DNA of 64,000 nucleotides from Macrostomum hystrix (Eukaryota; Animalia; Platyhelminthes), in contig CATNEN010000007.1 of assembly GCA_950097015.1 (NCBI GenBank), positions 6,076,001 to 6,140,000 on the forward strand, in the 5' to 3' direction. Positions 43,498 to 53,500 of this stretch are shown here, piece after piece (positions within the stretch are counted from its first letter, which is position 1; each line of letters begins with the position of its first letter). A program made the translations under genes and the position numbers. The notes beneath the pieces were generated by a model, which ran no database searches, was not told where the DNA came from, and worked only from the letters and a program-made list of their open reading frames with translations.

Positions 43498-44866
43498 ATG
43501 GTTGTCTACCTGGATGGCAACACTCATCAGTTGGCACACGACAAACTGTCCAGCCCGCAGGCCGCCATACATGCTGTACTCTCCTGCCAGACTGTGGCCA
43601 ACTCTTCGCATCAGCTTGTCTCCAAGCCTCCCACTGAGCTGGGCCCGGCCGGCCTGCTCTACCTGCATCAGCGCGAGTGCGCCCTAGTGCGCAGCTCCGA
43701 CCCCGCCATCCAGCTCCTGGCATCCGACGATGCCACCACCTGTCACCTGATTGTGGTGCGCAACCCCATCAGCTGCGACACCTTCATGTGCCACTTTGAC
43801 GGCGTCGGCGTCTCCAGTTTGTTGGAAATAATTGATAAGCGTTTCTCTAGCAGCCAATCAGGTGCCAAACTGAACTCTAGCAACTATTTAGATTTGCACC
43901 TGATTGGCGGATTCAATGACTCGCGCGGCGAATCTGCAGCTCTAACGCTGGGCCTGCTGCGCGCCCTCTGCCGATCCCGCCTGCGGCTTCGACTGCGCAC
44001 CGCCTGCCTGTCTCAAGCGAACGGTGCCCGGCGCTCCGACGGACACATCTACCCCATCATCACCGGCCTGGCCGTGTCCTTAGCCGACGGACGCCTGACG
44101 CCTGCTAGCGTGCCGCTCTCGGCCAGAGGACCCTGGCAGGCGTTGCGCGGCCTGCGGTTTCTCAGCGCAGAGGATTGCGTATTCGAGGCGAGGTCCTTTT
44201 GCCGCGTTCTTTACAAATGCGACAAAGTTTGCTTTTTATACACTGACAGTTACACTTCACTAGCTGTCAAGCCTCACTGACAGTTACACTTCACTAGCTG
44301 TCAAGCCTCACTGACAGTTACACTTCACTAGCTGTCAAGCCTCACTGACAGTTACACTTCACTAGCTGTCAAGCCTCACTGACAGTTACACTTCACTAGC
44401 TGTCAAGCCTCACTGACAGTTACACTTCACTAGCTGTCAAGCCTCACTGACAGTTACACTTCACTAGCTGTCAAGCCTCACTGACAGTTACACTTCACTA
44501 GCTGTGATTGGTAATGTGTAGCTGTAAAAAGTCAATTTTACCCTATCATATTCGCTGCATTCTGTGCAGGTGTACGACCCAGACAGACGGTGCCTAGTGC
44601 TGAGACCCTTCAACTACGGCCGAAGCCACATGTTTGATTTTTACCCTGACGAGCCCGACTCCGTCCTGGCCACCCTGTCCACTTCGCCACGTCAGGAGCC
44701 CGCGCACTTTGTACACAACATGCGCAAGTCGCTGCGATTCGGTCGCGCCAATCGGCGCCCCAATCAGCAAGTGTTTCACCTCGGCGACATTGTTGAACGG
44801 CCGCTTCCGGGCGGCGCTTGGCAGCACGAGGCCGGCTCGACCGAGAAAGATTTAAAAGCCGCATGA
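43498..44866 (+). CDS. NTAN1: Protein N-terminal asparagine amidohydrolase
   Basis: Exon 43498-44187 contains LLYLHQRE, ASDDATTCHLIVVR (catalytic Cys motif), HFDG, LHLIGGFND and PIITGLAV. Exon 44570-44866 contains LSTSPRQEPAHFV. The donor is probably GC-type. Confidence 0.93.
44240..44505. repeat. 34-bp perfect intronic minisatellite (CTGACAGTTACACTTCACTAGCTGTCAAGCCTCA)
   Basis: About 7.5 identical units. Confidence 0.95.
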
Positions 44867-45049
44867 AATGAAAAACTTGTTACTGACTATATAGTATGAG
44901 TTATCAGATATTTCTTTTTTCGTGATACATTTATTTGTCTAGCAGCTGGTCTTTCAGCATCTTTTTAAATGAAATATACAAAACCAAAATGCTTTATTGC
45001 AGTATTTAGTTCTGAAAAAAACTTCACCAACTGTCAAAGATAGGCACGC

Positions 45050-45290
45050 CATCCTCTCAATTCGCTGATTAGCTCACCGCCCTTCCAGTCCTCCGATTGG
45101 CTCACAGCCCTTCCAGTCCTCTGATTGGCTCACCGCCCTCCCCGTCCTCTGATTGTCTCACCGCCATCCCCGTCCTCTGATTGGCTCATCGTCCTCCCAG
45201 TCCTCTGATTGGCTCATCGTCCTCCCAGTCCTCTGATTGGCTCACCGCCCTCCCAGTTCTCTGATTGGCTCATCGTCCTTTCAGAACTCT
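45050..45290. repeat. 28-bp CCAAT-box-containing repeat (CTGATTGGCTCAYCGYCCTCCCAGTCCT) between NTAN1 and THOC7
   Basis: About 8 units, most with CTGATTGGCT. Confidence 0.9.
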
Positions 45291-45376
45291 AATTCGTCTG
45301 CAAATTCACTCAGTACCTATTGCACTCCAGCTAGTTTTCTCATTAGACAGATCACTTACTGAATAGGTTGGTTGTC

Positions 45377-46483
45377 ATGGCAATATACTTCCAGGCTGTA
45401 ACAGAAGAGGAGGTGATCAAGCGGCGCCTGCTAGTTGAAGGCGACTCCGGGCGCGAGGACAAGAAGCTGCAGTACGCCACCAGGCAGCTGGCAGCCTGGA
45501 TCGAGGCTGAACCTTCGCCGGCCAAGGACGGCCAGACTTTGCAGCAGCTGCTGGTGCACGTAGCCCAGCTGGAGGCGGCGATGGGTCGGGCGGCCAGAGC
45601 CGAGGAGGTCAACCGGATCGAGCAGCAGCACTATCAAGCCCTGGGCGAGCAGGTGGCCGATGAGATCAAGGCGGCTGAGAATCGCATCGTACAGTTGCAG
45701 GTTTGTTAGAAGTGGGCGATTCGATTCTAGGTTCTGTGTTCTTGCTTCGATACTGCTTCTTACTGCTTGACTGTGTTCTTGTCTTGCTTGCTTGATACTG
45801 CCCTTGCTGCGATTCTAGGGACTGCCCTTGCTGCGATTCTAGGGACTGCCCTTGCTGCGATTCTAGAGACTGCCCTTGCTGCGATTCTAGGGACTGCCCT
45901 TGCTGCGATTCTAGGGACTGCCCTTGCTGCGATTCTAGATACAGTCCTTGCTGCGATTCTAAATACTTTTTTCCTCCTTGCTTCGATTCTAGCTACGACT
46001 GCTGCTGCTGCTTCTCTACCTTTAGCTTCTGCTTTGAAAACTAATATTTTCTCAGTACCTGACATTATTTTCTGCAATACGCTAATCTCACCACATCTCC
46101 TTTCATCTCCACAGTCCGAGCTGCAGGTCGCCATGGAGCGCCGTCGCAATCGTCAGGAATACGACACCTTGGCCGGGGTGATTGTCGGGCACGCCGACCG
46201 AGCCTCCAGCGAGGCCCGCCTAGCCGAGACCGGCGCCAGGCTCGCCAGCCTGCGCCAGACGGACCGGCGCCTAGGCGCTAGACTCGAATCCCGGCGCCGC
46301 CAGTGCCGACTATTGGCCGCTGCGTTGCGCGACTTCGCCCTAACCGAGGAGGTGGCCACCTCGCTGGAAGGCGAAGACGACCTCGGCGAAGCGGTGGACG
46401 ATGCCGATTTGGGCGCCGCCGAGGGTGAAGCTGCGGACAGCGGTGGAGACGCTGTCATGGCAGAGGTTGCCTCGACTAGCTGA
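45377..46483 (+). CDS. THOC7: THO complex subunit 7
   Basis: AVTEEEVIKRRLLVEGDSGREDKKL matches human GAVTDDEVIRKRLLIDGDGAGDDRRI. Exon 1 ends at 45700 (cag|gtttgt). Exon 46115-46483 has RRNRQEYDTLA...LESRRRQCRLL. Start is either ATG 45377 or the acceptor at 45395. Confidence 0.92.
45795..45965. repeat. 24-bp intronic minisatellite (ACTGCCCTTGCTGCGATTCTAGGG)
   Basis: About 7 units in the THOC7 intron. Confidence 0.9.
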
Positions 46484-47039
46484 CAGACTTTTAATTCTGT
46501 TGTTGTATTAAAATCATTCTACTCATTAGTAGTGAAGTGCAGCAATGAAGAATAACGACTGAAATCGTGTGTTTTTTGTGTCACTCATCTGCTTGTAACT
46601 GCTTTGATTTTTTTTCTGCTAACTGCACATGTGAGATAAAAGTACTTGTGTCAGCATTCAAGAAGCCCTGTTAGGCAGTGCGAGCTGGTTGCATTTTAAT
46701 TCTACTCCTGTGCGGTTTACTGTTATCCCAACTTAGTATCTGCTGATTGTGAATAAACAATAACAGTGCTGTTCTGTTGGGACTGCTCAATGACCATACT
46801 TTTGGCCTCTTTATTTCACATGCTCAAATATTGTACATTCTTATAGTCATTTTAGAGTCATTTTCCCAGATACTTGATTACCTGTTTGTGTTCAGTTCAC
46901 CTGTCAGAAACATGGGTACCAGAATCAGCTGGAGTAGTCAATTTTGATGTGTGTGGCAAACTGTGTGCCAGTCCATGGACTGAACGATTGTACACATCTT
47001 TGGGAGAGCCGCTCAATAGCTGCGATTGTGCCAGTCTAT

Positions 47040-47495
47040 CTCAGCCTATCTCACAGGGAATCTCACCCTATCTCACAGGGAATCTCACCCTATGTCACAG
47101 GGAATCTGACCCTTTCTCACAGGGAATCTCACCCTATCTCACAGGGAATCTCACCCTGTGTAATATAGATTCACAGGGAATCTCACCCTTTGTAATATAG
47201 GCTCACTGGGAATCTTACCCTCAATATAGACACACAGCGAATCTCACCCTTTGTAATATAGGCTCACTGGGAATCTTACCCTCAATATAGACACACAGGG
47301 AATCTCACCCTGTGTAATATATATTCACAGGGAATCTCACCCTTTGTAATATAGACTCACTGGGAATCTCACACTCAGTAATATAGGCTCACTGGGAATC
47401 TTACCCTCAATATAGACACACAGGGAATCTCACCCTCAGTAATATAGACTCACAGGGAATCTCACCCTTAGTAATATAGACCCACTGGGAATCTC
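47040..47495. repeat. Minisatellite built on CACAGGGAATCTCACCCT, abutting the first ASK1 acceptor
   Basis: Variable-length units ending about 14 nt before tttcag|47510. Confidence 0.9.
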
Positions 47496-47509
47496 TTGTC
47501 AAATTTCAG

Positions 47510-50500
47510 GCCTCGAGCTTGCACAGTCAGCAGGCCGCCTCCAGCGCCGGCGCCGCCGCGGTCGCCGCAGCCGCAGCAGCTTCAGCGCCCGGTTCAAATG
47601 CCACCCGACTGCGCGTCGTTTGTGTCGTCGACCAGGCTACGCCCCAAGCAACCGGCGCCACGGCGGCGCCGCGACAGAAGGCCTTTGCGGATGTTGAGCG
47701 CGCCTGCAAGAGGTGAGCACACTTTGAGAAGGATCTAGTACCTGATATTAGCGGGTTTAACTTAATTCTTGCTTTTAAAGTGGGTCGTATTCTCGTGCTG
47801 CAGATATTTAGGTTGCTAAATTCTAAATATGCAAATATGTAATAGGAACTGAATATCAATGGAATTTAATAACTTACTTTAATTTGTTCTGTTTGAAGCA
47901 TTTGTCCAGCCAGGATTGCGCACTCATCTTCATGCAAATTTTACTAGTATACGTTGTAAGTCGTTATTATTAGGCGTATTGCAGATAATTAAGCATTAAT
48001 TTAAATTCCTTGACAAATAATATAAAAGGTAGGGTACAATAATTATATTCATGTTGTTCGAGTGTCTGTTTTAGAATTCCCAATAGGCTGTTACTAGTAT
48101 TTTGCTAAAAGTGCATTTTGTTTTGCACTATTCGCGCATTTAGTTTGTCTGCTTTAAACAGCTTTCTATCCCAGTTGCTTTCGGAAAATTTATTGTATTA
48201 TTTAATGACTGGTACCAAACATCAAAGAATCTACGAGTAAATAGCCTCTGAAAAACTGACACATTTAAGCATTCCCCTTAATACATACAGGTGTAGACAC
48301 CCTCTAACAAACCCACAGGTGTACACACCCTCTAACAAACCCACAGGTGTACACACCCTCTAACAAACCCACAGGTGTACACACCCTCTAACAAACCCAC
48401 AGGTGTACACACCCTCTAACAAACCCACAGGTGTAAACACCCTCTAACAAACCCACAGGTGTACACACCCTCTAACAAACCCACAGGTGTAAACACCCTC
48501 TAACAAACCCACAGGTGTAAACACCCTCTAACAAACCCACAGGTGTAAACACCCTCTAACAAACCCACAGGTGTAAACACCCTCTAACAAACCCACAGGT
48601 GTACACACCCTCTAACAAACCCACAGGTGTACACACCCTCTAACAAACCCACAGGTGTACACACCCTCTAACAAACCCACAGGTGTAAACACCCTCTAAC
48701 AAACCCACAGGTGTAAACACCCTCTAACAAACCCACAGGTGTAAACACCCTCTAACAAACCCACAGGTGTACACACCCTCTAACAAACCCACAGGTGTAA
48801 ACACCCTCTAACAAACCCACAGGTGTAAACACCCTCTAACAAACCCACAGGTGTACACACCCTCTAACAAACCCACAGGTGTACACACCCTCTAACAAAC
48901 CCACAGGTGTACACACCCTCTAACAAACCCACAGGTGTAAACACCCTCTAACAAACCCACAGGTGTACACACCCTCTAACAAACCCACAGGTGTAAACAC
49001 CCTCTAACAAACCCACAGGTGTAAACACCCTCTAACAAACCCACAGGTGTACACACCCTCTAACAAACCCACAGGTGTACACACCCTCTAACAAACCCAC
49101 AGGTGTACACACCCTCTAACAAACCCACAGGTGTACACACCCTCTAACAAACACACAGGTGTAAACACCCTCTAACAAACCCACAGGTGTAAACACCCTC
49201 TAACAAACCCACAGGTGTAAACACCCTCTAACAAACCCACAGGTGTAAACACCCTCTAACAAACCCACAGGTGTACACACCCTCTAACAAACCCACAGGT
49301 GTACACACCCTCTAACAAACCCACAGGTGTAAACACCCTCTAACAAACCCACAGGTGTAAACACCCTCTAACAAACCCACAGGTGTAAACACCCTCTAAC
49401 AAACCCACAGGTGTAAACAGTCTCTTAGAAAGCCAAATATCAAAGAAATGTTTTTCAGCATTATATTTTTTAAAGGCCTTTCTAATTCTTAAAAAATAGA
49501 GTATTGTTTAGCCCTTGCTTTCAATTTTCGTAGATTTTTAATCAACAAATTATTTTCTTTTTAAGTTAGTTTGAGAATGACATAATAAATGCAGTATTGA
49601 ATGCAGCACTCCGTACTCTATAGCAACAAGTCATTCCATGGCATTCAATTTCGCAGTGTTGGCCTAACCTGCATCAGCTTTGCTCACATTATCAACGATG
49701 TTGATAGCGCGGCTGAGCTGTTCTACAGCGCGCACGCTGTTATCGTCATGCTGTCGGATCTGGTAAAAATTCCCTCCGTGTTTGTTGGAGATGCCGATTG
49801 AGAAATTGCTACTGCCATTGACGCTGGCTAGGTTCATTGGAACCTGATTCTGGGTTTGCTTTGATTTCCTAGACAAGGCATTTTGAAGCGTGTCTTTCAT
49901 GGTGGGTTTCGGGTTTTTGGAGTTTAGGTGTGAGACTTTGAGGATTTACTGTTTAGTAGGGGTGAAATTTTAAGCCTTCTTTTTCAGGATGAGATTTTGA
50001 GATTATGAGCTGTACTCTGTGGAGGTTTTAGGGAGTTTTTTCTTAGGAGGGGTGAGATTTTGAGCCGTTTTTAGGGGTGAGATTTTAAGCCGTTTTTAGG
50101 GGTCAGTTACCCAGCAGTTTTTAGGGATGAGATTCCCAGCCATTTTTAGGGGTGAGATTCCCAGCAGTTTTTAGGGGTGAGATTTCCAGCAGTTTTTAGG
50201 GGTGAGATTCCCAGCAGTTTTTAGGGGTGAGATTTCCAGCAGTTTTTAGGGGTGAGATTCCCAGCAGTTTTTAGGGGTGAGATTCCCAGCAGTTTTTGGG
50301 GGTGAGATTCCCAGCCGTTTTCAGGGGTGAGATTTTGAGCCGATTTCTAGGGGTGATTTTGAGCCGATTTCTAGGGGTGAGATTTTGAGCCGTTTTTAGG
50401 GGTGAGATTTTGAGCCGTTTTTAGGGGTAAGATTCCCAGCCGTTTTTTGGGGTGAGATTCCCAGCCGTTTTTGGGGGTGAGATTCCCAGCCGTTTTTGGG

Positions 50501-53500
50501 GGTGAGATTCCCAGCCGTTTTTGGGGGTGAGATTCCCAGCCGTTTTGTTGGGGTGAGATTTTGATCAATTCTCTCTGTGGGTGTGATTTTAAAGTTTCTT
50601 TGCTTAGGAGAGATGAAATTTAGTTTAATCTTAAAAGACTTGGATGAGGAATCTTAGTCTAACTTTTGGGACTTGAAAACAGCAGATGTAAGACTTGTGT
50701 TCATGGTTGACATTTTTTACTGGTCAATAAATTTCAGACAGGTAATCTATTAAAAACGTGTTTTTCTTTATCGGATAAATTTTTTGCAATCTCACTGATT
50801 CTGCCTGCTAGATTTAAGTCTGAAACAGCGCTTTGCCGGCATGTGTAAATATTTTTAAGTCTCTTTGACCCCCTTTTACCGCGCCCTGTTGTTGTTCTCT
50901 ATATTTTTATTAGTCGTTGATTATTTTTTCAGCTTTTTTTTTGTTTTATTTTACCACAGAAAGTGTTTTGCGTTTTTCGATTTAGTCAGTAAAATACTAG
51001 CATTTTTTAAATCCTTTCTATATGGCTTTTGCAGTAGTAATGAATATTTGTGCAAGTCCTGGCTGGACAGGCATGCGTGAATGCACCGCTTGCAGTATTC
51101 AAAATAAGCGCATTTAGCGGGCTTGGAAAAATGATCCACCCCTGGGGAAAAGACGACAGCTGGCTGTATTGACAGGAAAGGAATAAGAGAGAAGAGAGAT
51201 GAGATACGGTAGAGATGAGACAGGAGAGAGTTGAGATACGATAGAGATGAGACAGGAGAGAGTTGAGATACGGTAGAGATTAGACAGGAGAGAGTTGAGA
51301 TACGGTAGAGATTAGACAGGAGAGAGTTGAGATACGGTAGAGATGAGACAGGAGAGATTTGAGATACGGTAGAGATGAGACAGGAGAGAGTTGAGATACG
51401 ATAGAGATGAGACAGGAGAGAGTTGAGATACGATAGAAATGAGACAGGATTGAGTTGAGATACGGTAGAGATGAGACAGGAGAGAGTTGAGATACGGTAG
51501 AGATGAGACAGGAGAGAGTTGAGATACGATAGAGATGAGACAGGAGAGAGTTGAGATACGATAGAAATGAGACAGGATTGAGTTGAGATACGGTAGAGAT
51601 GAGACAGGAGAGAGTTGAGATACGATAGAGATGAGACAGGAGAGAGTTGAGATACGATAGAGATGAGACAGGAGAGAGTTGAGATACGATAGAGATGAGA
51701 CAGGAGAGAGTTGAGATACGATAGAAATAAGACAGGATTGAGTTGAGATACGATAGAAATGAGACAGGAGAGAGTTGAGATACGATAGAGATGAGACAGG
51801 AGAGAGTTGAAATACGATAGAGATGAGACAGGAGAGAGTTGAGATACGATAGAAATGAGACAGGATTGAGTTGAGATACGGTAGAGATGAGACAGGAGAG
51901 AGTTGAGATACGGTAGAGATGAGACAGGAGAGAGTTGAGATACGATAGAGATGAGACAGGAGAGAGTTGAGATACGATAGAAATGAGACAGGAGAGAGTT
52001 GAGATACGGTAGAGATGAGACAGGAGAGAGTTGAGATACGGTAGAGATGAGACAGGAGAGATTTGAGATACGGTAGAGATGAGACAGGAGAGAGTTGAGA
52101 TACGATAGAGATGAGACAGGAGAGAGTTGAGATACGATAGAAATGAGACAGGATTGAGTTGAGATACGGTAGAGATGAGACAGGAGAGAGTTGAGATACG
52201 GTAGAGATGAGACAGGAGAGAGTTGAGATACGATAGAGATGAGACAGGAGAGAGTTGAGATACGATAGAAATGAGACAGGATTGAGTTGAGATACGGTAG
52301 AGATGAGACAGGAGAGAGTTGAGATACGATAGAGATGAGACAGGAGAGAGTTGAGATACGATAGAGATGAGACAGGAGAGAGTTGAGATACGATAGAGAT
52401 GAGACAGGAGAGAGTTGAGATACGATAGAAATAAGACAGGATTGAGTTGAGATACGATAGAAATGAGACAGGAGAGAGTTGAGATACGGTAGAGATGAGA
52501 CAGGAGAGAGTTGAAATACGATAGAGATGAGACAGGAGAGAGTTGAGATACGATAGAAATGAGACAGGATTGAGTTGAGATACGGTAGAGATGAGACAGG
52601 AGAGAGTTGAGATACGGTAGAGATGAGACAGGAGAGAGTTGAGATACGATAGAGATGAGACAGGAGAGAGTTGAGATACGATAGAAATGAGACAGGAGAG
52701 AGTTGAGATACGGTAGAGATGAGACAGGAGAGAGTTGAGATACGATAGAGATGAGACAGGAGAGAGTTGAGATACGATAGAGATGAGACAGGATTGAGTT
52801 GAGATACGGTAGAGAAGAGACAGGAGAGAGTTGAGATACGGTAGAGATGAGACAGGAGAGAGTTGAGATACGATAGAGATGAGACAGGAGAGAGTTGAGA
52901 TACGGTAGAGATGAGACAGGAGAGAGTTGAGATACGGTAGAGATGAGACAGGAGAGAGTTGAGATACGGTAGAGATGAGACAGGAGAGAGTTGAGATACG
53001 GTAGAGAGTTATTGGAGTTAGTCAATCCACGCCAGAGAATAACCAGTGCCCTTGTTTATTAACTAAATAATATATCGTTTCTATCCTAAAACTCACTAAA
53101 AATTAACTATGAGTGCTACTCGGTTTTCAGTAGCTAGTCTCGGATACGGCAACCAAATATTGATCATATGGTCCTAATTTGTATATATTTAGTACCTTGA
53201 TGAAAATTTCAGGTTTGATTTCAATTGATTGATGTTTTAAAAAACTAACACAGGCTAGATGTTGAGCTGCACAAGGTGCTATTTACTCACCTGGACTATG
53301 GCACAACGACTGCTTTGCACGAGTTTTACAACTCCGAAGTGGCCATCACGGAGATGTCCGCCAAGGTTTGTCATCCTTGTTGTCTCCCAGAGTTTGTACG
53401 GCCGGCTGTTCTGCTAATTAACTAATTGTTTTATTTCTTTAAACTAATCTTTTTGAGGTGCTTTTTTCGTTTCTTTTCATGTGCATTTGAATCGAAGTTA

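Noticed and set aside
46457-47510. THOC7-ASK1 fusion via ATG GCA GAG|gttgcc
   Set aside because: In frame, but the donor is weak; SL-donated AUG is the simpler explanation.
47910-47955. Third ASK1 exon-2 variant (ccag|...GTT|gtaagt, phase 2-0)
   Set aside because: Only 46 nt, lacks the FY motif, and overlaps the RNA-pairing element.
48285-49420. CRISPR-like 28-34-bp arrays
   Set aside because: Head-to-tail repeats without unique spacers, eukaryotic context, no cas genes.
49664-49900. Minus-strand ORF with CCACCATG context
   Set aside because: No recognisable homology; overlaps the better-supported plus-strand ASK1 exon 2a. A nested antisense transcript is not excluded.
51280-53025. 581-aa minus-strand ORF (also ORFs at 20116-21280, 11902-12961, 27125-27990, 28736-29314)
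   Set aside because: Tandem-repeat artefacts.
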